Shown here: one piece after another, positions 27,047 to 55,963 of the stretch | How positions within the stretch are numbered: position 1 is the stretch's first letter | How the letters are laid out: each line of letters begins with the position of its first letter | Assembly: GCA_020137815.1 (NCBI GenBank) | Contig: CM035355.1 | Coordinates: 4,526,001 to 4,590,000, forward strand | Reading direction: 5' to 3' | DNA: 64,000 nt | Source of the DNA: Hormiphora californensis | Taxonomy: Eukaryota > Animalia > Ctenophora | Position numbers and translations under genes: made by a program | The notes under the pieces: model-generated | What the model was told of the DNA's origin: nothing | The model's input: only the letters and a program-made list of their open reading frames with translations | Database searches by the model: none

Positions 27047-27475
27047 TAAGTTACTGAATACTGAAACATGCTACAAATAATGCTGCAGGCAGTGAAGCAG
27101 CTATTGCAGCTGTACTATCGCGTACCTGTGTTAGAATATCGTTGGTTGTTGACCAGCAGAAAACTGAGTCCGTATTGTCATCACAGGAAATGATTGTTTG
27201 AGTCGAGGTTTCAGTCATGTTTTGCACTAGGTAACAAAGTGTAACAAAATGTTACTGACAATATAATGATAACAATTCGGAAGGGTTGACCTCCTTTTTG
27301 TACCCGCTTCAAAAACACGTGCACACAATTTGTAATATTCTACACGTGATTTAAAGAGCTCACCCAGCTATTGGTATTTTGTAGTGGGGGCATGCTTTTC
27401 AAAACTGTTCTCCCTTCATTAATGTTATATATCGTTTAATAAATATAGCTAATAAACTATGAGAGAGAGAGAGAG

Positions 27476-29294
27476 CACCCCGTGCCTGAACAAAGTTTAA
27501 CCTCGGATGAAAAATGCTCCCTAAGTTGACTTCACTAGGGTCTTCAGATAGGTATTTGGAGTGGAAAAATGTAAAAAAACACCCCATTTTTTCGAGAAGG
27601 TTTTTCTCTACATGGATTTTAAAATGGGTCGTTTTGACTGTCAAAACGGCTTAAAAACCATGCTGGGTGCAGATTTGTAGTCCTCTTCCGGTAAAAAGGT
27701 TGTACCTGACCTTTTTTTTGCACGTAGAATCGATTGCCGGTGAAGAGAAATCTCTAAAACGACTGGAAAATGGTCAAAATTTGATTTTTTGACGTTTTTT
27801 GAGGGTTTTTCGCCCCTAACCCCATCATGACATCAAGATAGGAAATTTTCACTAGTGTCAAACGTTAAAATGGACATTTTTCTACCGGATCCCAAAGTTT
27901 CAGATAAATCCAATAGCAGGGTAAAGTTTGGCTAATTATTGAAAGTGGGTAGATTAGAGAAAGTGAACTTGAACTTAATTTTTTCACAATTTTGGCCTTT
28001 TTGACCAACTTCTGATTGAAATGGTCAATCAGGACCATGCTCACGCTAAAGAAGGGACAATTTCCTACTAACATGCAAATTTTCATGTCGATACGGCAAC
28101 AGGTCATGGATCTGTAGGAAATTTAAGCGAGCTAACTAGGCTATTTCTACTGTCAAAAACTGTCATTTTTTCTTATTTTCGGGTCGATTGGCAGTAATAA
28201 AGGGTACCCAACCTATTTTTGCCCGTAGAATTGATTTCTGATGGAGTTGGACCTCCAGATCGTCAGTAAAATTAAAGAAAACGAATATTTCAGTTTTTTA
28301 AAGGAAATAGCCAGAAAATGAGTAAAAAAACAAAAATAGCGAAATTAACCTATTTTCTCGTAGATTAAGAGCTCCAATTCCATTTTAGAGCGATTTTACG
28401 TGAAAATTTGGGCTGGGAACCCTTTTGATTGCCGATTGACACTAAATTACCATTTTCTGGCTATTTCCTTTAAAAAACTGAAATATTCGTTTTCTTTAAT
28501 TTTTCTGACGATCTGGAGGTCCAACTCCATCAGAAATCAATTCTACGGGCAAAAATAGGTTGGGTACCCTTTATTACTGCCAATCGACCCGAAAATAAGA
28601 AAAAATGACAGTTTTTGACAGTAGAAATAGCCTAGTTAGCTCGCTTAAATTTCCTACAGATCCATGACCTGTTGCCGTATCGACATGAAAATTTGCATGT
28701 TAGTAGGAAATTGTCCCTTCTTTAGCGTGAGCATGGTCCTGATTGACCATTTCAATCAGAAGTTGGTCAAAAAGGCCAAAATTGTGAAAAAATTAAGTTC
28801 AAGTTCACTTTCTCTAATCTAGCCACTTTCAATAATTAGCCAAACTTTACCCTGCTATTGGATTTATCTGAAACTTTGGGATCCGGTAGAAAAATGTCCA
28901 TTTTAACGTTTGACACTAGTGAAAATTTCCTATCTTGATGTCATGATGGGGTTAGGGGCGAAAAACCCTCAAAAAACGTCAAAAAATCAAATTTTGACCA
29001 TTTTCCAGTCGTTTTAGAGATTTCTCTTCACCGGCAATCGATTCTACGTGCAAAAAAAGGTCAGGTACAACCTTTTTACCGGAAGAGGACTACAAATCTG
29101 CACCCAGCATGGTTTTTAAGCCGTTTTGACAGTCAAAACGACCCATTTTAAAATCCATGTAGAGAAAAACCTTCTCGAAAAAATGGGGTGTTTTTTTACA
29201 TTTTTCCACTCCAAATACCTATCTGAAGACCCTAGTGAAGTCAGCTTAGGGAGCATTTTTCATCCGAGGTTAAACTTTGTTCAGGCACGGGGTG
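27476..29294. mobile_element. 1.8-kb fold-back non-autonomous DNA transposon, Chapaev-like (CAC...GTG termini, possible 4-bp TSD AGAG)
   Basis: Arms ~27476-28320 and ~28450-29294 are near-perfect reverse complements, which explains the mirrored ORFs 27399-27644 and 29126-29329. Confidence 0.85.
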
Positions 29295-29827
29295 AGAGAT
29301 CGAATTTGCAAAGAAAGGGACAAGTTTAAATTGTTCTTAAGAGGGACCTTTTCAACTGCTCAATGAGTGGGGTAATAACCACTAAGCATGAGCAGTGCCA
29401 TTGATTAGTGGTTATTGTCCCACTTCCCTCTCTCACCACGCCCGCCTGGTTTGAACAAAACAAGAGTTGTTCCCGCGTGTGATCAAACTCGGGGCGAACA
29501 CAACTTGATAACTGATAAGTCACAGCTATGCTGCAGATTGCAGAGCATTGGCCTGGCCTTATATTCTCATTTCTTCGGAGCGCACGAGAACTGCAGATAA
29601 GAACAGCGGCCTTACAGTGCAGAGAAATCTGTAAAACGCCACTATCAGACTATAGAAAAATGATTTTAATGAGAGGGAAAATGAATTCAGCCAGTATATA
29701 TCCATCGTTTTTTTGCACAATGCAACTAAAAAATGGACCCGTGCAGCGGTTTAACTTTTGACCATGCAATAGCCAGGACACACTTCAATAAAAACCTGGA
29801 CAGTATACATAATATGCCACGGTCATA

Positions 29828-29910
<83 letters not shown>

Positions 29911-30195
29911 ACTAGCTGATAGAAGGAGGAGTCATGCACATTTGTACACCTCCCTCGTTCATCCCAGCTCCTTACTCATACTATATGTGCATCAAGCTGC
30001 GAGGATGAAAATACTACTACTACTACTACTACTAGGGGGTGAGAGAACGATAGAGAGAGAGGGAGAGAGAACGATAGAGAGAAGAGAGCGCATTGAAGCT
30101 TACTATAGTGGTAGACTCACTCTGCTCTGCGGTGTTAATCAATCACTGATGGACTACGGAGCCGACTAGGCGACACCACCGACATGATCCGCAGC

Positions 30196-30321
<126 letters not shown>

Positions 30322-30324
30322 GTT

Positions 30325-30372
<48 letters not shown>

Positions 30373-30778
30373 TTGTGAGAGAGAGAGAAGAGTTGTGAGA
30401 GATAACATGCTTGCAGGGTAATACTTGGAGAGAGAAAGTTAGTTGGCCCTCCCGCAAGACATGTGATACAAAGGTCGTAGTGGTTGTGATGGTATAGACG
30501 GCGTCTGAAAACCATGCCAAAGAAAAGAAAAGATAGAGAGATAGATAGATTGAGAGAAGAAAAGATAGAGAGATAGATTGGGTAGTGTCATGCAGTAATC
30601 TGCAGCAGCGCCGTGAGAGAGGGGTGTGAAACCCTCCTTACTTATTGAATGAGTTATATTGAGTGTCAACTATTAGCTCCTCCCCTGCTTGCGACACTTA
30701 ACTCCTATATTGTTTTCAATCTCCATCTCCTCCCTCTATTACTACTTTATATCTCTCTCTATCTTTCTCTCTCTCTAT

Positions 30779-30866
<88 letters not shown>

Positions 30867-31464
30867 CTCCGTCACCAATTGGATTAATTGAGGTGAACCC
30901 ACCATCAGCTTGGCTCCTATCCTACTGCACTAAAACCATTCAACTGGATGAACTCCAATATAACGCTCAGAAGGGACGAGAGATATATCAAATCTGGAGT
31001 CCAGGAACAGACCGAAACAAGTAAACAACCAATCAGAACTCTTTTTTAGGTCAAGTGACTGGTTATCAGCCAATCAGGGACAAGAGATATAATACCAAAT
31101 CTGGACTATCCTTCAATAGGATAGATGATCTTTCCGCACTTAACAGCGGAACCACTGATGGAGCAACACACTGCTTTGATTGTGTGTGTGGGAGTGCCTC
31201 TGTCAATAATGGAGGGCATTGCAAAACGATCATTTTATAATGGGAGAAACTATCAATTTCCTGATTCTTCTCCCTCCTCCCTCCTAATTCCTCTCCTCTC
31301 TCCGTTTTATGGATGGTGGTGAATAGCACTGGTGACAATGGTGCAATATCACCATTGAATCACCATTGAATATGACACACAAAGGAGGATGGTAAGCGTG
31401 GTGGTTATAACTAGGTAGATGATAATGGAACTGCATAGAGAGACATGGACAGAGGGAGAGAGAG

Positions 31465-31571
<107 letters not shown>

Positions 31572-31729
31572 GACAGAGAGAGACAGAGAGAGACAGAGAG
31601 AGACAGAGAGTAGGTGGTTAGATGGGTAGATGCAGAAGGAGCTGAGATGCAGGACATTCTGACACTAAATTAGTTCATTTTGAGGGCAGTAATAATACCT
31701 TAAGGGCACAAGTGTATATATATTATATA

Positions 31730-33290
31730 CAGGGTGTCCCATATATTCTGTGGGTCGGTTGGCGAGCTGTCACGCAAAAACGGTGATAGTTGTGTGAAAA
31801 CAAACTACGGGAGTGTGCTGGATTAATTCCTTCCTAACTGATGGCTTTGTTTTTAAATTAAATTTCAAAAGTTCATTTTTCATGAATGAACATTCCTGTC
31901 ATTCATTCGTGAATTCTAAAATATTGTTTACCTTGAGTAAAAAACTTTTCTTTGGCTCGAAATTATCTTTCCAATGAGCACCATAAAAATCAAATTGAAG
32001 CACCGGATCGCATGGCAGGTGAGAAAATGCAAATGCATGATTTTGGCCATTCCTGCGACTTTCAATCAGCTGTATCACCGCTACTTTCAGTTCAATCCTT
32101 TTAAAAGTTTGGGTGAACATTGGTGAAGATAAGATCTTTGCTCACAAGAAAAATCAAGGTCAAAACTCAAAGTTCATTTTTCATTTTTGGTAGTTCATTC
32201 CACTCATTCAGGAACAAACATCCCTAAAGTGACGAAAAGGTTTGGGTTTTGTTTGGCCCATGTCCTGAAACGACAGAGAGGTGTAAAAACGTGTTTCCGG
32301 GCTAGTTAGTGGGTGTCCATGTGATCATTATGATATCTGACACCTGTGCTGAGCCATAATTAAGAGATTTTCTCAAATTCAAACATGGGATACGAGTATT
32401 CTGCGATTGGTATCGTGCACCAATAACAAGAGATCCCATAGCACCTCAAAAATTATGATTAGCTAAATGAAATGAGTTGATTCACGCTTGAAAATGTTCG
32501 TTTAGTCCGAATTTACATTGGTTTTAATCTTTTCAATCGTAAATCAACTCATTTTTAGCTAATCATAATTTTTGAGGTGCTATGGGATCTCTTGTTATTG
32601 GTGCACGATACCAATCGCAGAATACTCGTATCCCATGTTTGAATTTGAGAAAATCTCTTAATTATGGCTCAGCACAGGTGTCAGATATCATAATGATCAC
32701 ATGGACACCCACTAACTAGCCCGGAAACACGTTTTTACACCTCTCTGTCGTTTCTGGACATGGGCCAAACAAAACCCAAACCTTTTCGTCACTTTAGGGA
32801 TGTTTGTTCCTGAATGAGTGGAATGAACTACCAAAAATGAAAAATGAACTTTGAGTTTTGACCTTGATTTTTCTTGTAAGCAAAGATCTTATCTTCACCA
32901 ATGTTCACCCAAACTTTTAAAAGGATTGAACTGAAAGTAGCGGTGATACAGCTGATTGAAAGTCGCAGGAATGGCCAAAATCATGCATTTGCATTTTCTC
33001 ACCTGCCATGCGATCCGGTGCTTCAATTTGATTTTTATGGTGCTCATTGGAAAGATAATTTCGAGCCAAAGAAAAGTTTTTTACTCAAGGTAAACAATAT
33101 TTCAGAATTCACGAATGAATAACAGGAATGTTCATTCATGAAAAATGAACTTTTGAAATTTAATTTAAAAAAAAGCCATCAGTTAGGAAGGAATTAATCC
33201 AGCACACTCCCGTAGTTTGTTTTCACACAACTATCACCGTTTTTGCGTGACAGCTCGCCAACCGACCCACAGAATATATGGGACACCCTG
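31730..33290. mobile_element. 1.56-kb fold-back Tc1/mariner-type MITE, copy 1
   Basis: TA|CAGGGTGTCCCATATATTCTG...CAGAATATATGGGACACCCTG|TA, with ~750-bp inverted arms and a short spacer. Confidence 0.92.
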
Positions 33291-33445
33291 TATAATAAGC
33301 GAATACAGCTTGTCTGCATGAACCCAGCCATATATACTTTAATCCTTCCCCCTTACTACTATTCTCCATCAGCTTACATTCCAACATGGATTGCAACAGT
33401 ATGTATGCGTCTAAGTAACCACTTTACTGTCGCCTAAACTTGGCG

Positions 33446-33490
<45 letters not shown>

Positions 33491-33999
33491 ATTTTGTGTC
33501 TCGTTTCCCTATCGTGTTCTCTCAAAATGGTACCTTATTACAATGAACATAAGTGAGCATGTAAGAGAAGCAGACATTAAAGTGGTAACGTGGTTCAATT
33601 TTCTAAGCTCATCGTCATCGATTTCGTGCGCCGCCAGACATTATAAAATTTGGAAACAGCCTACGCCCCATATTGCAATTATGGCTTTGTGCCAGATCAT
33701 TTACGCCACACGTCAGAGTTCTTGCTTGAGCCGCATATTTTAGGTCTAAAATTACACCCTTATAACAAAGTCTACTTGCACAAATTAAATACAGGTTTAC
33801 AAAAGGTTTACAAGTTACAAACAAAAACATTTAGTCCTCTAGGTGATTGCACGGATGTTTCCACAGTCCATAAAAGTACATAACTACCACTGGAACGACG
33901 ACACGCCAAAGTTACCCGTTTTACCGATTGAACACAGAACAATGGATCGGGTACTTGGTGGTGAACTTCTAAAAGAAACAGCAACAATCCTTGTGTTAA

Positions 34000-34790
34000 G
34001 AAATGGAATGAAGTTTACCATTTGCTTAGAGAGGACCTGCCTCGTTACTCCACACAACTTCAACTCAATTGGCGTATTCCGCATGTGTTATTTCCGAACT
34101 CCATGGATAACATTTCACAACTCTACATGATCGGCCATTTACGAAGTCATTTCACAGGTTTCCCTGAGTTTCGAGTTCCGCCGCAGTACGTCCAACTTGG
34201 ATGTACTACGGTGGAATGGATGATCCAACTCTATCTTGGTTGTCCTCGTCTGGAATTTCCGTGGAGAGGTACAGGCTCGTAACACTTTGTTAAACGTCAG
34301 TTCAAGATTTCGAGCATCATGGTCACTGGCCGACGCTCGTTGAGGCTGTCTGGCGCCGCGACCCCATCTGAGCGCACTGTCAAATCGGCACGGGGTACCA
34401 CATTGAAGGGAAGAACTCGGATAACAATAAGCTTTGTTTAATGTTTTGTTCAGGGTATAGTTGAGGATTTCGAACTTGTCCTCATGAAGAAGCATATATT
34501 GTTGTTCTTCGACCAATAAGCTATCCTATCGAGATCACCCTGAAGTGATCCCATGTCCTCTGCTTGTTCGATCGATCGCCTGCTCTTCGTGTCGTCTACA
34601 AAAGTTAGTCTACCACCCAACGTGCATGTCAAATCACCTACATAGATTATAAATAGAAGTGGACCTAGCACTGAGCCCTGAATTACACTGCTGATGACAT
34701 ATTCTGGTCTGGAACAGTAGCCTTCCATCACTACAGCCTGTGCTCTACCTGTAAGGAAAGCGTCTATCCAGTTCAACAATTTTCCTCGGA
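34000..34790 (-). pseudogene. Degenerate CR1-group LINE reverse transcriptase fragment
   Basis: LLNWIDAFLTGRAQAVV...VIQGSVLGPLLFIIYVGDL...FVDDTK followed by frameshifts and stops. Confidence 0.8.
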
Positions 34791-36316
34791 TCCCGTATCT
34801 TCGTTGCTAGCGTTCCTGGTTCTGGAATCTGGAACTAGATCGTGATCGATTACCAGTCCGGTTTTTCGGCTGGTACTGGCGGGAGCGTTGCAGTTCCGTT
34901 GCCCGGCTATCTGCCATTCTCCCTTCTCGGTTCTTCTGGTATTTTGCACGCTAAAACTACGAATTATTAGCAATGAAAGGCACCCCGATTTTAAAGTCCA
35001 TTTTTATTCAACTGTTCACCCCTCGACTTTGGGGGGTGAACAGTTGAAAAAAAAGGGCTTTAACGTTTTGAAGGGGCGCGATTATAATCTGGGTGCCTTG
35101 CAGCCTGTTTACAGGTGCGCGCTACCAAAAGAGTATACTTAGACCGACTTTTTTCAAACGGCTATAGCCATGAAACCACATGGCCGATTTGAGTAAACTA
35201 AACGGTATCAGTTAGAGAATCGATAGCCCTAACCGATAACCCCAAACCAAACCCTAACCAGACCCTAACGGATAGCCCTAACCCGTCGCGCGCGCCAAAA
35301 CTACGAATTGTTAGCAATGAAAGGCACGTTTTCCAATTTGAAGCAAAGGATTTTTTGAAACTGTCACCCCCCTGATATAACAAAATTTGCCATATCTCCG
35401 GTTCCTGATAAGATAGAGACTTGAAATTTGGAGGTTCGGAAGAACTTAGCAAGATCTTCGTAACCTCCAAATTTCAAGTCTCTATCTTGTCAGGAACCGG
35501 ATTTATGTTCATTTACGAAATTTGAAAATACCCAGGGGGGTGACAGTTTCAAAAAATCCGACTTTATTTGAATTTGATTTTGGACATACTCGCACACGCG
35601 AAGCATGTTCTACACCGCAACAAATATGAATTTATGTAACGCGCCTTAATTTTTAAGTCTTACATGCCAAACTGTGACGCGCGTCACTGGGTAAAAATCT
35701 TAAAAACTGTCCAAAAATGGTCACTCAAAATGCTCAAAATTGAAAACCGTCACATGTTATTTGAACATTTGGTAGGGCTCCCCCCTTTTTTAGAATTTAT
35801 ATTTTTTACAGTGTGTAGGCGTGAAGATATATTTACTTTACTTCAAACAGCAATCCGACAATACCGGGTTCCATGATGGATACGAGGGTACTCTCGACAC
35901 TTCAGTGGAGTGGGCCCGTGGGACTGCTTGTGCGGGGGATGTTCGATTGGACTGACACCATTATATGTTGATATATGAAGTTTATTACAAAGTTACAAAG
36001 TTACCACTTTGCAGGTTCACTATGTGACCGATCGTGGTGTGCGTTTATTATCTGAGACCCCGGTGTCGGATTGCTGTTTCTCATGTTGATTGTTGGTGTT
36101 GGAGTTTGTACCTGTTTTTATCCTCTCTGGCCGCTATCTCACACGTTTCAGGGTAGCTCATTAGGGAAAGCAGTGGACGTGCAACCCAGAGTTGTCAGGT
36201 TTTTGAAGCGACCGCAAAAATCTAGGGCGCTGGCCGCCCCCGCCGGCCGCCGGTTTAATCATTCTCACTCCCAAATCTGCATATTTAACTCATTTTAGCT
36301 GTATGGTTGGTTTGAT

Positions 36317-51779
<15,463 letters not shown>

Positions 51780-51974
51780 ATATTAGAACAATCATTGAGT
51801 GTGTGAGTCTGCGTGTATTTACTGTGTGTATGTATCTTTGTGTGTGAGAGAGAGAGTTATTTCTTTGTTGTTGTTGTTGTTGTGGTGCTGCGATTCGGAC
51901 TATGCAGAGCATATCGCCTCAAACGCTCCAAGGAGTCTAACTCCCGGCCTAACCAAGTAAAACTTGGGAATTCC

Positions 51975-52145
51975 CTATATGAATCTGGAACTAGGTAACG
52001 TTTTGCCTTTGAGAGATTCTTGAGTTTGATTTGATCTGGAACAAGGTAACGTTTTGCCTTTGAGAGACTCTTGAGTTTGGTCTGGAACAAGGTAACGGTA
52101 TCCCTTGGAGAGATTCTTGTGTTTGGTTTAGTCTGGATCAAGGTA
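51975..52145. repeat. Short ~48-bp tandem repeat downstream of the PIX stop
   Basis: 3-4 copies of tctggaacaaggtaacgttttgcctttgagaga...gagtttg. Confidence 0.7.
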
Positions 52146-52685
52146 TTGGACAAAAATGTAGCTGTAATTTAGTAATGAGACCAGGCCAGGCCCGAGAGAC
52201 AGTTCAGTGGTAACTGGGAGGTCATGTGTGATGGAAATGAGAACTAGAGACAGATTTGAGTTGCACTTTATTGAGGAAAATAGCCCTTTTTGGAGTCTGA
52301 GACAAGCAAGAGTGAAACGAAATGCAGCGTAACGAACCTTATTTCTTTGTAACTCAATGTGTTTTTTGCCATTTTGTTTTGTATTACACATTTTAAAATC
52401 TACTGACAACATTTACACAACCTTGAAAATGTGCCGATTTTATTTCTATATGTTTGGTTTCCCTAGCCACGAAGACGGAGGGCGCGGGGACCTGATTTGT
52501 TTTAAATCATAGTTGTCAGCAGAAAAGTGGCGCGCGGGGAACCATCTCTTCCACTTGAGATGTGAGCGCTATCAGATTAGCGCCGCGCGAATTGCTAAAT
52601 GCTGACATTTTGTAACGTGGGTCTCGCGCGGGACACCAAGTGACCGGGTCCACTGAAGAATGTGGCCTGGTTCCAAATGGATATA

Positions 52686-52826
52686 CAGTCGGACCCCGAT
52701 TTACCGGGATGCTCGGGGGAAAGGGTTTTGCCCGGTAAATCGGGGTGCCCGGTATATCGGGGCGAAATACTGTTAATTTCTTATATCGGGGGAACTTTAT
52801 CCTCCCGGTAAATCGGGGTCCGACTG
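52686..52826. mobile_element. TA-flanked Tc1/mariner/pogo-type MITE with TIR CAGTCGGACCCCGATTTACCGGG
   Basis: Perfect TIRs with TA on both sides. Degraded relatives at ~3855-3930, 15553-15690 and ~37858-37940. Confidence 0.88.
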
Positions 52827-53424
52827 TAGCCAATGTTCCGGAACATTCCCTAGATTCTAGAAGTACTTAGTAAAAAGTCACTTAACAAAATCTAGAGGGC
52901 TCTAGAAGTTCTTTGCATGTCGATCTTTGCATGTCGATGGTCGGGCTCTAATTTGAAATAGCTTCTGTAGCCTTCGATTTGAAGTTTTATTAATATTATT
53001 ATTCAAAATCTGAGAGGCATGAAAATTGAAATACAGCATCCTTGATCGTAGAGTTTGGTGAAAGGAATTGAATGGCCTATAATGTAGGAAACGAAATAGA
53101 AAACACGATACTTGGGAGTAAGAATAAAGTCTAGAAGGCAAAATAAACATGACAATGGGCAATTATAAGTATTAACAATAATCAGAGCTAATACACGTCA
53201 GCAGTCAGCGATGATCGCAAAAAAGTGCGATAAACAGAATGAACTTCCCTAGTAGTCAGAAGAATACAGCTAATAGTCATAATCCACATGAATAATGAAC
53301 TAAAAGACTGGGATCCAGTCAATTCATAACATTTTCGATGAAAAAGTAAATCATATTTGAGTTAGTTGGCTACTACATCTACAGATCTAATAATGCATTA
53401 TAATGTCTCTCTCTCACACCCATC

Positions 53425-55963
53425 TCACAGGATTGAACACCAAGAGGAGGTAGATGGAGGTCCGTGTCCGCACTGAGAGACAGGGTCCTCATACCACTTG
53501 GAAATGAACTGATTCTGTATTCCAATGACCTTCCCAAACGCCCTGATAGTTCCTTCGATATCAAACTCAGCGGCACCTGGTATGTGGGGGATATATCGGG
53601 TTACAAACTCTCTTATGAAACCTGTTCATGCCACGCTGTTCAATGAACTAGCTAGGTATACCATGAGGAGGAACTTTTTCTATAAATTTCAGATCAAATT
53701 ACTAAGTTCGTTAGTCCTTCATTTCCAGCTCCTGTGGAGCGCGTTTCAAAAATATCAGGTGTCTAGCTCTGGTTAGTCTACAACTATTATACACAACTAC
53801 ACATTTTGAGGGGTACATCACCATACCTGGCTGGATGCTCTGTGGTAACTATATCGTATCATGTTGAGGGGTGGGGTACATCATCTAACCTGGTTGGGAG
53901 CTGTTTTTGTAGTTGTACAATTCAGCAATGATAGCATCTTGAACAAATGTCAGGAGGATCTGGAGGTGAATCAGCTCCACTTTAATGATCCTGTGCATAC
54001 TTCCCATCCTGTCCAGCACGTTCAACATGCTCCCATCGTAAGGCTTGGTAACCAACCTGGGGGGGGGACAGTACTAGTAGGGGGAACTAGAGTTTGGTAA
54101 CCAACCTGGGGGGGGGGGACAGTACTAGTAGGGGAACTAGAGTTTGGTAACCAACCTTGGGGGGGGGACAGTACTAGTAGGGGGAACTATAGTTTGGTAA
54201 CCAACCTGGGGGGGGGACAGTACTAGTAGGGGGAACTATAGTTTGGTAACCAACCTGGGGGGGGGGGGACAGTACTAGTAGGGGAACTAGAGTTTGGTAA
54301 CCAACCTTGGGGGGGGGACAGTACTAGTAGGGGGAACTAGAGTTTGGTAACCAACCTGGGGGGGGGGAACAGTACTAGTAGGGGGAACTAAAGTTCGGTA
54401 ACCAACCTGGGGGGACAGTACTAGTAGGGGGAACTAAAGTTTGGTAACCAACCTGTCATGGGGGGGGGGGGAACAGTACTAGTAGGAGGAACTAAAGTTT
54501 GGTAACCAACCTGGGGGGGACAGTATATAAGTACATTATACTAGTAGTAAGTAGGGGAGCTGGGATTCAGTAGGACTGCGGGGGAACAGTAACTACCAGG
54601 GGATCAGAATTCAGAGGAATTCCGAGAAAGGGACTGAAAATTCAATTTTCACTTCTCATACTATTAGGAATGTATGGAACTGAATCTGAAGGAAGGAAAC
54701 CTGATTATCATGTGGCTGGGAAAAGATCATTGGTTGATGGAGACCCGATCAAGAACAAGATTTTCTACAATTCTAACCTTGCTAGATAGAGTTTTAAAGC
54801 TCCCTTTCTCATTCCAATCTGAGGCTTGTTCTGGTCATAGTTGTCAAGAGTTGAAGATGAATTATCGACTTCTCCGTCATGTTTCTCTTTTTCTCCGTAA
54901 AAAATCTAAAAAAGATTCGTGAGTAGACGTTTTGTGTGATGTTTATACTGCTGACTACGGTGGCAGATTCCGGCCAAGTGTTTTTTAGTCAAGTGAAATA
55001 TTTTTGCTTGAAGTTTTATAAAAATTTTATTTCAAAATAAAAATAAACATGTCCTTAAAATTATTGGCCGGAATCTGCCACGCGAGTGGCAGATCTCGGC
55101 CAAGATTCTAAAAAAACCTTGGCCAGAATCTGCCAACCACGTGGCAGATTCCGGCCAACAAACTGAAACTTACTTATAGCAAAGCGAAAACCGCTGTACC
55201 CGACTAATTTTGATACGCTGAATCACGTAAGCAACTTTTCCAATCCCTCAGAGGTCGGGAAAGTGTCCTAATTGAGCATAATAGGGTCTAATTGACCCCA
55301 CTTACAACTTTTCACCTGGAAACGATAGACGCTTATGTGAAGGCACTATTCCGACTAATTTTGATACGCTGAATCACGTAAGCAACTTTTCCAAGCCCTC
55401 CTTATTTTGAAATAAAATTTTTATAAAACTTCAAGCAAAAATATTTCACTTGACTAAAAAAACACTTGGCCGGAATCTGCCACCGTAGCTGACAGCTCAG
55501 AAAGAACTTTAAGAAAGAACTATAAATAGAATTCTATAGAATTCTATAGAATTCTATAGGGGTCCTGCTTGATCTACCGAAGACTCACAAGCCACAGAGT
55601 GCAATCCATGCGCGAGAATTTCCCAAAACGTATCACTTACACGTTTTGTACAATCAAATGAGAAGAGCTTGTCGTAAACAGCGTCAACCAAGTCAGGCAA
55701 TCGAGGGGCGAGGATACTCGCAGAGGCTGAAATAGTAAGTGTAGTATCATAGTGAGAATAGGTATTTCATTGTAATTACAGCTGTAGTCAGTACAGTAAC
55801 TGTAGTGTAGAGCAAGTCAAGATTAAGTAAACAGAGCTGCCTGTCAGTTAAACTCACCATGCACAAGGGCAATGTCTTTCTCCCCAAAGTCTAAGAAATC
55901 GCAGATGTATTTGTATCTGTAGACCAGATCAGAGTACAGTTTGTATTCATTGATATGCTGCAT
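53425..55963 (-). CDS. Protoglobin/globin-sensor-domain protein, 212 aa, with C-terminal CaaX (CSIL). Exons 55858-55963, 55641-55726, 54778-54905, 53890-54056, 53425-53576
   Basis: Spliced protein: MQHINEYKLYSDLVYRYKYICDFLDFGEKDIALVHASASILAPRLPDLVDAVYDKLFSFDCTKRIFYGEKEKHDGEVDNSSSTLDNYDQNKPQIGMRKGALKLYLARLVTKPYDGSMLNVLDRMGSMHRIIKVELIHLQILLTFVQDAIIAELYNYKNSSQPGAAEFDIEGTIRAFGKVIGIQNQFISKWYEDPVSQCGHGPPSTSSWCSIL*. Intron phases 1, 0, 2, 1 all match. The motifs VDAVYDKLFSFD, LVTKPYD..M...LD..G.MH and RAFGK..IQN match the protoglobin family as I recall it. Confidence 0.87.
54047..54525. repeat. ~49-bp minisatellite built from the protoglobin exon-4 splice acceptor
   Basis: About 10 copies of ggtaaccaacctggggggggacagtactagtagggggaactagagttt. 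Confidence 0.92.
54955..55488. mobile_element. MITE with ~85-bp TIRs (CTACGGTGGCAGATTCCGGCC) and 4-bp TSD CTGA, in protoglobin intron 2
   Basis: ctga|CTACGG...CCGTAG|ctga. Internal repeats of tggcagattccggcc in both orientations. Confidence 0.85.

Noticed and set aside
31899-33122. Mirror-image ORFs MFTQTFKRIE... (also MTVKTTHF... and MCDLKGTS...)
   Set aside because: They are by-products of inverted repeats and have no transposase motifs.
33543-34020. Overlapping plus-strand ORFs that look coding-like, possibly a frameshifted gene relic
   Set aside because: I cannot name a motif with confidence and found no consistent splice model.
53827-53848. Possible 22-nt extra exon in the last protoglobin intron
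   Set aside because: It would shift the frame and lose the conserved final helix. Direct splicing from 53890 to 53576 is in phase.
54047-54525. Regularly spaced repeats resembling a CRISPR array
   Set aside because: There are no unique spacers, the context is a eukaryotic intron, and no cas genes are present. It is a minisatellite.
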